Shown piece by piece: positions 38,767 to 49,648 of a stretch of DNA of 64,000 nucleotides. A program made the translations under genes and the position numbers. The stretch spans positions 62,001 to 126,000 of the forward strand of contig MU619279.1 in NCBI GenBank assembly GCA_025201805.1, read 5' to 3'. Origin of the DNA: Parasitella parasitica NRRL 2501 (lineage: Eukaryota; Fungi; Mucoromycota). The notes beneath the pieces are model-generated. The model saw only the letters and a list, made by a program, of their open reading frames with translations. It had not been told where the DNA came from and made no database searches. Numbering within the stretch: position 1 is the stretch's first letter; each line of letters begins with the position of its first letter.

Positions 38767-39497
38767 GTCTCCCCAGTCGAGACTCTTATTTACTATAATT
38801 CATACTAGATTTCTAATATTCTTCTCATACCGCCATCTAATACTTGCATCCCTTTCGTTTTAATTATTTTTAACCACTACATGTAAATAAATTGAAGACC
38901 TGAACAATAAATATAACCATTCATTATTGATTTTTGTGCCACTAACACTTTTAATAAATGATGTGCAAATGCATGCAGAAAAAAAAAAAAAAAAAAGAAA
39001 GAAAGGAATCAAATTGACACTCTTATGCTGTACATGTTTCAACAGCGTATGCACTATTAGTAAGACAAGAGAAACATGGCAATATAGCGCACGCATCAAC
39101 GTGCATGCTCAGATCTTGCCTTCACCTCGTCCAAGCCAGTAAAGCAGCATCGCAACTTTTCCCAAGCTGATGTCGCATTTTTTGCCTTTTTGCACAGAAG
39201 CTCACTGAAGTGATCAGCATAACAGTGAAAAAAAAAAAAATCCTCCCAGGATCTCCTTAAAAACAACTGCTAGAAAATTTGTTGTGGATACTTTGATATA
39301 ACACAAAACTAAACCCTTTTCTCCTTTTTTACTCTTACTCCTTAATTGAAACTTTCTTTCATCTCCTTCAATGTGCTTAACTTGTCTTTTTTCTTTTTGA
39401 TTAAATTTTTTTTTTTTTTTTTTTTTTNNNNNNNNNNTTTTTTTTTTTTTTTTTTGTTTATCAAACTAATCAATCACCAACATCAAACAAATATAAA

Positions 39498-41033
39498 ATG
39501 GATTGTTGCCGTGATCCAGAGGCCTCGTCCAATTCTCAGGACTATTTGAACATTCTGAGCAATTTGCCCAGCCAATACATTGGTAATAACATGTCGGATT
39601 ATCAACCACAGTCTCAAGAAACAACAAAAATGAGAGTCTCATTGGATCTTCCAGGATACCAAGAATATCTGCCCACATACATGCCAGGACAGCTCATCAC
39701 TGGAAATGTACGATTACAAGTGGAATGTCCCATAAAAGTAACGCACCTGAGAATCGCACTGTTTGGCAATGTGCAAGTTTATGGAGAGCAGCCAGGATAT
39801 CCAGTAACCAATGGCTTGTTTGATTACCAAAGAAATGAGCAATTGATCAACACTGGCCTACGCATTGTCAAACAGTCAAATGACGGCTCTGGGCAGCAAT
39901 TAGTGTGTAAGCGAGATGAGGGCCAGAATAACAGCCAGCAAGGCAAGCGACTAAAGACAGCACAGGACCGGCATATGGAAAAGCTGGTCAGACAAGTGGC
40001 GTCCATAGATCACACCACCAATATGAGCCACGGCACATTGAACGATGTCCCTACAAAGAACTATAGCACTGAGGAAGGCTCCACGTTTGATTTAAAAAGT
40101 AAATCATATCAAGTTCGCTTTTCTATCCGTGTCCCGACTTCTCGCCGACTTGCAGGCACTTTTGACCATCCGCATTATCCTGTTTCTTATCGCATTGTTG
40201 CCATCATGAAATACAAGGACAAGGATGGTAGTGGCAGCGAATCAACGTGCTATTCGACTGTCAAGCTCTGCTTGGAGCCGTTCTTTGACATGCATCAATT
40301 CCAATCACCCATCCAAACGTCCTCAACTTCTCAGTATGTTCAATGCAGGGACTCAGTCTGGAATAATATCTGTACACATCTCTTGAATTACGGCGCAGTA
40401 TCTCTGTATTCAAATAAGCTGCCAAAACAAATTTACACAAGTAGCATCGAAGCATATTTGGAGCTGCCAACACAGACGTTTGAACGTTCTCAATATATAC
40501 CTCTACAGCTAAAACTGGCAAACCATGCATCTGCCAATTTCAATATATCCGTGGTTAAAATTAATATAGAGCTTGTACGTCGCATCAACATGGTATGCAG
40601 CATGAATGAACAGGTGGAGGCGCAAGTAGTCCAGTCAACCGCACTAGTATTCAAAAGCTCGCAGGAGAAAGAGCAGCAGCTGTTCTTTGAGCACACCAAA
40701 TTGTCGTTTGATCTGTCTAACCATATCCAAGTGCCCTCAGACAGCGTTTGCACAATATTTTCTGCTGCCACAAAAGACGTCTTTAGTTTGGGCTACGATC
40801 TACGCGTCGAGCTGGAAATCACTGGCGTTACTTCCAACACATCCACTCGAAACTACTCATCCCTGGATGAAGATGAAGAGAAAAACTATGCTGCTGATCA
40901 ACAACACCATATTTGGGAGCAAGAAGAATCGCACTTTGATTTGCCTTCAGAGCCGTATCACCATAAATTTAAAACATATTCTCTGGAGCTAGATTCTTTA
41001 GCAGTAGTTGTGATCAACAACTCGATATACTAA
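39498..41033 (+). CDS. Arrestin-fold (alpha-arrestin-like) protein, intronless
   Basis: YMPGQLITGNVRLQVECPIKVTHLRIALFG, FSIRVP...GTFD...VSYRIVA, LELPTQTFERSQYIPLQLKL and FSLGYDLRVEL follow the Arrestin_N/Arrestin_C pattern. Confidence 0.7.
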   Translation: MDCCRDPEASSNSQDYLNILSNLPSQYIGNNMSDYQPQSQETTKMRVSLDLPGYQEYLPTYMPGQLITGNVRLQVECPIKVTHLRIALFGNVQVYGEQPGYPVTNGLFDYQRNEQLINTGLRIVKQSNDGSGQQLVCKRDEGQNNSQQGKRLKTAQDRHMEKLVRQVASIDHTTNMSHGTLNDVPTKNYSTEEGSTFDLKSKSYQVRFSIRVPTSRRLAGTFDHPHYPVSYRIVAIMKYKDKDGSGSESTCYSTVKLCLEPFFDMHQFQSPIQTSSTSQYVQCRDSVWNNICTHLLNYGAVSLYSNKLPKQIYTSSIEAYLELPTQTFERSQYIPLQLKLANHASANFNISVVKINIELVRRINMVCSMNEQVEAQVVQSTALVFKSSQEKEQQLFFEHTKLSFDLSNHIQVPSDSVCTIFSAATKDVFSLGYDLRVELEITGVTSNTSTRNYSSLDEDEEKNYAADQQHHIWEQEESHFDLPSEPYHHKFKTYSLELDSLAVVVINNSIY

Positions 41034-41287
41034 TAATAAACTGCCCGTGTACTCTTTTAATGCTTGTCATGATAAACGCCCGTTCTTTCAGGACAATAGT
41101 GCCCACACATGTGAAACCATACAACCCCTCGTTTATCAAGGGTTTTTATTTCACGAAACTTAAAATACATCTTCTACATGTTGCAATCAGGAGATGATCA
41201 TGATTTCAACGCAAAAAAAGGGGAGGGGGAGAGGGGGGGGGGAGGAGAAGGCAGAAGGATAATGTGCAAACGTGTTGCTTTTGTAAG

Positions 41288-41982
41288 CTACAAGCGATAT
41301 TCAAAGTCGAGGCGGTTGTTTCCTTTTGATTCGTTTTCAATCCCGTAGACCTTCTTTTGGAGATCACTCATTTGGCTCCACTGATGTGCTCTCCACTTGT
41401 TGATGTAATGGTATTTCGTTCTTTGAAACAGAAACAATAGGATGGTGGTAATGTGAAGCAGCATATTTATCTTGTTGCCGTGTCGGTATCGGGGAGCATC
41501 TGACGCCTGGTATATCTGTGATCCTGGTACACCGTTGATGTTGGCTGCTCCGATCACGGCTGCTAGTGCTAATGTTCTCTTGCCAATGGGTGCTATGTTC
41601 GAAGCCATCCACGCAATCTGCATACCATGCCATGAAGGCGATGAGGCCGTAAACAATGCAGCAGCATACATTTGCCATTTTCCTATTGAATCAGGTAATA
41701 TCTCGAAGATACTAAATCCAATCAGGCCCCAAAAAGACCCGATCAACGCATGATAGACAACATTTCCACGTTTGTCTGAGCTCTTTGCAATCAAAATAGA
41801 TATGACCAAGCCAATTATATGCGATGGAGCCGACAGTAGATTTGCAGTTGTTGTAGAAAACCCGGCATCTTTGATTATAGATGGCAAATAGCTATTAATC
41901 GGCGTTGCTGGCATATTGCTGATTTGCAGTTAATACAAACAAATATATAGCTTTGCATATGACATTATTATGNNNNNNNNNN

Positions 41983-42018
<36 letters not shown>

Positions 42019-43113
42019 ACCCTAGAAAAGTAATCAGCAAGTGTACCCAAATGTTTATATCAGTGATGGCTTGTCGGATATCTGTACGAGTAACAAGTTT
42101 GTTTTGGTCTTTCTTTGAGATATCGTCTCGTACGATTCTCAGTGTAGCAATCCGAACCTGTCTCTTTGTTAACCAACCGTACGGACCTCTCAAGCCGCCT
42201 TTTGTATGAGCAGGTGATTCAGGCAAGTAAAAGCTATTTTACAAATTGAGATTTTGCATTTACTGTCTATAAACCTACAAACTTTACAATGCAATTAATC
42301 CAACAAAATGAGTCGCAATTCCATCTATGATGAACAGCCATTTCCAGCCTTCTAATCCATAGATTCCCCGCATTCGAAACACACCAAAAGAAATTAAGCC
42401 TGAAACTGCAGATGCCAAAGCTTGTGCGCCCCAAAACCAAGCTAGTCGAGTAGCCAGTTCATTTGTTTTATACCAATAAGACATATAACCAAGACAGGCG
42501 GGAATAAACCCTGCTTCAGTTATAGCAATTAAAATTCTGACCGTTATGAACCCCCTGAAGTCCTAAATATGGCAGACTTTAGAGACCTTCCCACCAAACT
42601 TTTATAGCCCTTACACTGATCAATGCGTGCGCCCAGGTGACAGCAGCCCAGGAACTCATTAGAATTGGAATCCATAAATGGGCACCCACTACCTTGGCCA
42701 TGACATTCGATGGTAACGTACATATGGTAAACACAAAATGATAAATCGCAATGCCAGTGTTGACCGCGTTATTATCAATCCCTAGATCCGCGGCAAGGTT
42801 ATCTGAAATGGCATTTGCTTTCACAATTTAAGCACTACTATTAATAAAAGAAACCATCTTTTCTACGAGACAATTACCTACAGATGTTTGTTCGATCCAT
42901 GTTCAACACAAATGTCATGATAAGAATAAACGTCATTAGGTATTTGTCCAGAATGTGCAATACTTGAACTTCTTCTTCAGTCGTCCAAGTAAAATCAGTG
43001 TTTAAGAGTGCATTGTCATTATCTTTGGACACAGCTTCTTTTGTTTGTAATGATTTGCTATAGTCAGTTGACTGGTATGATTTATGAGATGACGAGGATG
43101 ATAACAGATGCAT
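41288..43113 (-). CDS. MFS anion:cation symporter (allantoate/nicotinate permease-like), about 5 exons
   Basis: LNMDRTNI, TLPSN, EAGFIP, YWYKTNELATRLAWFW, GLEGWKWLFIIDG and DAPRYRHGN, with the C-terminus DFEYRL. Confidence 0.92.
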
Positions 43114-44572
43114 TGTGAAAAGACAAATGCGTATAATCTAAATGAAAAAAAGAAGAACAGCATGAACCGAAACTTTTATTCTCTTGCCATGAGAAATAAT
43201 CGTTTGCGTTTTTAATCGATTATGCCATCTCTTGTAAGAATTTGTCTTTTTTGTTTTTATTTTTATATATACTATCCGGCATAGCATGAAGATTTAGTAG
43301 CGGCATAAAAGTTTCGAGTTACACGATTTGCTCACGAGCTGTCAATGGCGAGATCCGTCTCAAATAAGGCACCATTTTCATTTGCTGAAATCATCTTTTC
43401 AGAAAGGTCAAAGAGGCTAAGCACCTCTGTTTTTTTAAAGGCATAAAAGAGCTGGTTTTATTGACATTTCAATAAGTATTGTAAGTGATATAAGTCAAAG
43501 TTAATTCAATTAAGGAATAGAATAGTGGTAATTTACATGGACCTTGATATCATACGTTAGACAGCGGAGACAGAATGTTGAAGGTGGGCTCCCTCAGAAC
43601 TATGATGATTCCATGTTAGAGGAAGGTTCGTTTCAAAAACATCAATGATATCAATGTCATTCTTGCCTATCTCGTCCAACAAATTTCTTTCTTCCACGTT
43701 TTTTAGCATTAAATTATCGTTGCATTTCTGTGTGGGAATACGAAATTCCTTACCCGCATCTTTTAGATGCTCCTCAATGGCAGAATCCAATGACCCGTCT
43801 CACTTTCTCCTTTCTTGAATTTGTAATCATCATCATCATCATCATTAGCAGCAGCAATTAATAAGTGGCCACTCTCTTCTTGATACCGTACAAAGCTTGG
43901 CCCATCAGAAATCTCATAGAAGCTGGTTGGTTGCTGCAGAAGAGGCTTCGATTTCTTGGATTTTCTGGATTTTGTCCCATAGTGGGTTTCTTGCAAAGAC
44001 CATCAAATGTGTGCAATATAAGTCTGACTCAAAGCTTGTTGTCTTGAAGTCTGTCCGATGGTCTGGACAATACACGGTCCAATTCAACTAGAGACGCTAT
44101 CAATATGTCATCTGTTGTGCAAGGCTATCTCGTATGTTTCATCTCATATATACAGCCTCTGTCTTACACCATGATGATATCTAGCGTACATCATAAATGA
44201 TCCTTATTTAACACTCCAAAAGTCTAGATAGCAAGCCAGTGTGTTGTAATGCACAAAGTGATGCTGGTCCTAGTAATAATTGTACATACATGATACATTT
44301 ACAGGATGTATCCGTAATTATATGCATAAATAAAGCATACATCTCAACTAGATTAAGAATTGTCTCGGGATGGACAAAAAGTTGTGTGTTGGTTATGATA
44401 AAATAGAGTGCATACTATAGATCATATCATTACGGATGAACCCCTTTCCCTCCAGCATACATGTAATGCTTGAGTAGCATTCAAGTCATTATGTAGCAGG
44501 ACTTTCTATATGGATTTTTTTTTCAAAATGTAGCTTTATTTCTCGGCTACTGACAAAAGGCATGTATGGTGG

Positions 44573-45669
44573 CTAAACCGCTTCTCCCTTTGTAATGGCC
44601 AAGTTGGCCATTTCCGTTTCTACATCCTTTGTCTCCTCCTTCTCAATCAAGGTAAACGGAGAATGTTTCCGCTTCATCACTTGTTCATACAGCCGTCTCC
44701 TGCAGTCCGAATGGTATCGATTTCCCTTCTCGCAATCACAAAAATCAGTCAATCCCTTCAAAAACCCACATGTATACTTTTGAGTGCTTATCCACAGCAT
44801 GGGTAAATCGCGATCCAAGCCGTACTTTTCTTTCAGAGCACGATTTACTTTGGTTTTCAGGGCGATTTTATGACTCTGATATCTATGCGTGTTGCCATTT
44901 ACGATGTCTACATGTGTGAACACTAGCAAAACATTGTTCCAAAAGTCTCGATCCACGGCGCAAGGAGACACTAGATTGTGGAATGATTCGATGCTTTTAA
45001 AGACGTTCTCCAAGCTGTTTGGAGGGTATGAATGAGTTGCTATTTTTTTTCTTGTTTCACTACGAGATATTGTTTCTACTCACTTTGTAGTAATTTTGAA
45101 TACCATTAGTATACAATGAATACCTCCTTTGTTAATAGCCGTATCCAGAAGCGCTTGCTGGATGATTTCAAAAAATTCTTGGTCTCTCTTTTGAGAATCG
45201 CCAAAGCCGGGTGTATCTACAACATTGATTTGACATCCAAATGTTTCTTTCCCATACATGTACGGGTGAAGAGGTGCCCAGAATGCCTGACTTGATTGTA
45301 TCACCTTTGTTTGAGACTTATGTCTATGCAATTATTAAACAGAGAAATTGCCCTCTTGGCTTTAGACTTTACCTTGGCTGACATCTTTTGCACAAACACA
45401 TTGGATCCAAGTAGGTCATTCAGCAGGCTTGACTTTCCGTCGCCAGTTCTTCCCAATGCAACCAGATTCAAAGGCTGCTGGGGATTAGTGCTATATCGCT
45501 GCATAGGCCGCGAAGTCAGGGTAGTAGATTTAGAATCAGAGCAGTGTCGCCATCGAGTCTGTTGCAGTTGCTCTGAACGAGATGCAATCATGATTGGGTC
45601 TTGATCATGTTCATAACTATGAAATGGACTCTCTGAACAATCCAGGAACGAGGTCCTTCTATTGGTCAT
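44573..45669 (-). CDS. AIG1/GIMAP-like P-loop GTPase, 3 exons
   Basis: G1 LVALGRTGDGKSS, G2 K|SQT, G3 VVDTPGFGD, GGIHCILMV and G4-like LVFTHVD. Confidence 0.85.
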
Positions 45670-46252
45670 GTATTTGGAAGAAGGAAAAAATATGAACTAT
45701 TGTTGTTTTTGCTATGCTCCTTAAAACGAACAAATATGGTATAAATTTTTTTTTTTTTTATTGATTGGATCAGAAATGAATATGTAGTAGCACAAGGCTT
45801 GTGAGTCCTACTTTACAAAAAAAGTCAACGAGGAATGATCCTCGGAAGTATTTTGAGATTGCTGCATAAATTATTCAATTTACAGTTTGTTTCATCCGGT
45901 GTCAACATGAAAATGTGGTGGATTAATGGGGTGTGTAAGCGTCAAACGAAAGGTCAATGATGTGTGATTTGATGGTGATTGATGGTGATTATACGATGAT
46001 GAGTCACTCTACACTCTTTCAGTTGATTTGATTGGACCCGCATTTTTCGCAAAACCATTGCAGTTTTCATATGCTGATGGTTCCGATGTTACCCGTGAGA
46101 CCTGACTGGATTTTAGTATATATGGTATAAGAATCCAAAAGATCTTGAGGATTTATTTATAGTGCATTTCTCACTCTCTTTCCCTTCTCCTTCCCATTTT
46201 ATGTGTTGTTTCTATCTTTCAAGTCCATTAAAATCGTAATTCTAGCCAGAAA

Positions 46253-46867
46253 ATGTGGTCAAAAAGAAGCGCTCTCCAATCTACAAACAGTCGTTCTGCA
46301 CCTTGTACGATATTCTCCACAACGACTCTCTCACCTCGCCAAATCGCAAACAAGGCATACTCATTAGGATGCAAAAAGCTGGATAGAGATGATAAACGCA
46401 GCAAGCAGCGATACCATGTCCGTGAAAGATTGCTTCTTTGCAACACAATCTCCAAAGCCGAGGAAGTGCTGAATGCACGCACAAGACGTACTAATCGACG
46501 TGTGATGTCTGCAGAGGACGATGAGGAAGAGAACTACAATAATTCTAGCCACATGAAGCCTCATCACCATAGCAACAGTGAGCATCACTCCCCATTGAGA
46601 AACTCGAGCGATGATTTGGAAGAACAAGAGCAAGATCAAGAACCAATAGACCAACAGCATATACCATCATCGCCATCAAGCACTGCATCATCATTAACAA
46701 CATCTTGTACATCATCTATATCATCATCCACTCCTACATCTACACCTACATTATCAAATAATACGCCCAACTCATCGAACAGTAACATATTACCTCTTCG
46801 TGATTGTAGAATAACAATAACACCCAATAGCGAAATCATAACCACTCCTATTGCAACAATCATATAA
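46253..46867 (+). CDS. Hypothetical protein with a short conserved-looking helical motif and a low-complexity tail
   Basis: A 204-aa ORF follows a pyrimidine-rich leader. The motif YSLGCKKL...VRERLLLCNTISKAEEVL is followed by acidic and Ser/Thr-rich disorder. Confidence 0.7.
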   Translation: MWSKRSALQSTNSRSAPCTIFSTTTLSPRQIANKAYSLGCKKLDRDDKRSKQRYHVRERLLLCNTISKAEEVLNARTRRTNRRVMSAEDDEEENYNNSSHMKPHHHSNSEHHSPLRNSSDDLEEQEQDQEPIDQQHIPSSPSSTASSLTTSCTSSISSSTPTSTPTLSNNTPNSSNSNILPLRDCRITITPNSEIITTPIATII

Positions 46868-47745
46868 ATATTTGTATACTTTATAAAAACTACCTGTTTA
46901 CTCTATATTTCTCACGGTATGAATATTCGGGTGATCTCGATTTTAAATCACCATCATTACGCTGTACAGTGTAATATGTAGATTTTTTTCTTTTTTTTTG
47001 TTTTTGTTTGTTGTAGTTGACAATTGTCATTTTGTATGCTTCGTGCCAGTGAGAGTTATCGTTTGATTCTGTGGGAGGCATTCAGATCATGAGAACTGAC
47101 CTCATTCATAGTATTAGGCCCATGATGCGTAGACTATTTTTGACATACCTAGTGATCGATTCCATCCACATGTTATAGTATCCTAACAACAGTACCTTTT
47201 AGAGATGATGCATTGTTCATGTTTTAATGATTTTTTGAAGGGGCTCAGTTTATGAATTCTGAATCTAAAGTAGTATTGCTGATAAACAAGCAACTGTACA
47301 CCGTATATGCTTTAGTGTCTCTAGATTTTCCATCCTAAATTCACAGTAGTAATCGTTTGTCAAATGATCAAGAAACAAAAACTAATTCTGGTTTTCCGAT
47401 GGTTATCAGCCCAAGACCCGTGGAAGCTCATGGCTCAACTAAAAAGGAAAAGACACCTGTTTTTTTTGATACTTTAAATTAGTAATCTGGAACGATAAAG
47501 TCGTAGATAGACATCATTATTCAGTAATATATTTATTATACATATGGTCGGAACTTGTGATGAATGCAAAAAAAAAAAATGAAAATTGTCTTGATCGGAA
47601 CGGAGATCTCGTTTTATGTCCTCTTGAGATGTTGAGCCATTTCTGCACAACGTGGCGAATCTATTTTTAATATATAAAAAGGGCTTAACCAGTAGAGCAT
47701 CACCAAATTGACTAGTTTGGGTTACATAAAGTAATTATGACAATA

Positions 47746-49371
47746 CACCTTTTGCCAAAATGATGTCGCAAGAAAAAAAAATTAAAGTGTCGCACTTTTT
47801 TAAAAATGACAGTGATCAAAACGGCAAAAAATTGTCCAAGGCATTACATATACATACTAACGGTATGATTTGACACGTATCTTTATTGGCAAACTAATAA
47901 ACCTCTTTTTTTTCTGCGCAATCTGCCAAGAACTGAATACTGTGATCAATCCATCCTCTGCAATTTTGCTCAGAAATTTCATGAGTACTCTGTTTGATGT
48001 GCTCAATCAATTCATTTGAGCCTCTCAAACCTGGTTTTCTTTTGACCAAAGTTTTCAGCTTCGATAAACACTCCTCAATAGGGTTGAGGAAAGGCGAATA
48101 AGGAGGCAACAGGCACATGTGATGATTTGAGTTCTTAAAAAGCTTTTTTTACCGCAGGCGATTTGTGAATGGAAGCATTATCCATCACAAAAAAGTGGGA
48201 ACCAGCATTGGTATCATCCAGCTTCTTCATAATCCGACTCACAAAATTCTTAAAGATCTCCCCTGTCGTGCCTCCTTTGACTACTTTAACTGAGACATCT
48301 TCAACGCCATGGTAGGAGATGCCTGCAAGAATTGACAGGTTTACAGCTCGCTTCGTGGCATTTACAACTACGCTTGAAGAGCCTTTCTTGGAGTAGTCTT
48401 GTCCACGTACAAGGTTAGCATTGAATCCAGCCTCGTCCACAAAGATACAATTGGTCTTGTAGGCGATTCCTCTTTCAGGTAATCTTTGGACAACATAATC
48501 GTATCTTTGCTGGATCGTTGCCTCGGTGTTTCTTCACTCCTCCACTGGCTTTGTACGCTTTAGCGTAAATCCAAGGCCATTGACAAGGTAATACCACACG
48601 CCACTTGTAGATATGCCTTTGCAAGCAAGGTCTGGGAACTTCTGTTCCAATGCTTCCTTGAGCATATCAAGAGTCTGTGTGCAGTCCTCGTCCAAGAGCT
48701 TTTTGATATACTCTCCATGTTCATGCTCAAACTTTGTTGTCTCCTTTTTTCTTCCTCCTCTTGGCTTCTTCTCAACACGGCCCTCCGTGTACCAAACATC
48801 TAGGATATTTCTGACAGATGAGGTGGACAATTGGTATCGTCGCGCAGCCTCTGAAGCAGTAATTGTTCCTTTTTCTGCAACTTGCTCGATGACAAGTTGT
48901 CTAATGACGGTTGGGATATCTTTGTACGATTTTCTTTCGGTTCTTCTGTCTTTGGTTGATGAAGCACGAGGCATTTTTTTTTTAGATCAAGTGTGATTGA
49001 GAAATGTGAAATGTGAAATAATACGGTATGTAAAAGAGAATAGAAAGGTTATAATGAAGCAGAATGTACGGTACAAATGATGCAATGATTGCCATCCTAA
49101 TTAACGTTTCATGTTACCGTACCTACCTACCGTACCAAACCTACAGTATGTCGTCATGTCATTGTCAATTTATTCTCATGTACGGTAGTCCACATTTGCC
49201 GTTTTGATCTCATGTTTTTGGCAAATTCAGATACAGGCTTAGCTTTTTAGACGCGACACTATTTTCCTGAATTGTGCGACACTCTTTTCTAAAAACATAC
49301 GACACTGTTATTTTTAAAAAAGTGCGACACTTTTAATTTTTTTTCTTGCGACATCATTTTGGCAAAAGGTG
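47746..49371 (-). mobile_element. Full-length Tc1/IS630-type DNA transposon, about 1.63 kb
   Basis: Near-perfect TIRs of about 69 bp (47746-47814 and 49303-49371) begin CACCTTTTGCCAAAATGATGTCGCAAG. The flank is TA on the left and TG on the right. An internal transposase is present. Confidence 0.95.
47894..48974 (-). pseudogene. DD34E transposase with one in-frame stop and one frameshift
   Basis: HTH region (SEAARRYQLSTSSVRNI, RGG), IFVDEAGF, VMDNASIH and LPPYSPFLNPIEE, with 34 residues between the second D and E after repair. There is a TGA at 48534-48536 and an extra T near 48137. Confidence 0.92.
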
Positions 49372-49436
49372 TGCAGCAGTGATTATTTAATAAGGAAATC
49401 TGTTCATTTTAGAATATGCAGGTATATTTCGTCCAG

Positions 49437-49515
<79 letters not shown>
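49437..49515. repeat. Long poly(A) tract
   Basis: An A44 run, then TTAAT, then an A30 run, adjacent to the right end of the transposon. Confidence 0.9.
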
Positions 49516-49516
<1 letters not shown>

Positions 49517-49648
49517 CCATTCAATACAGACAAATGCAAAGAAATTTACTTTTTCAATGGAAAACGTTTATTGTCGCTATGATTGCATATTGATATGCGC
49601 TCAATTGTTTAAATAGCTCCCCCAAGCTTTGTTATTGGGTTTCAGGAT

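Noticed and set aside
28543-41982. N-runs at 28543-28552, 36662-36691, 39428-39437 and 41973-41982, and the poly-F/poly-K ORFs around them
   Set aside because: These are assembly gaps at homopolymer tracts, so the translated runs are artefacts.
5098-43113. Possible secondary-metabolite cluster (UGT, methyltransferase, carboxylase, MFS transporters)
   Set aside because: There is no backbone synthase, and the genes are dispersed among unrelated housekeeping genes.
49254-49355. Periodic short repeats with spacers resembling a mini-CRISPR array
   Set aside because: The repeat unit is only 6-8 bp, lies within the transposon terminus and is mirrored at the other end. There are no cas genes and the context is eukaryotic.
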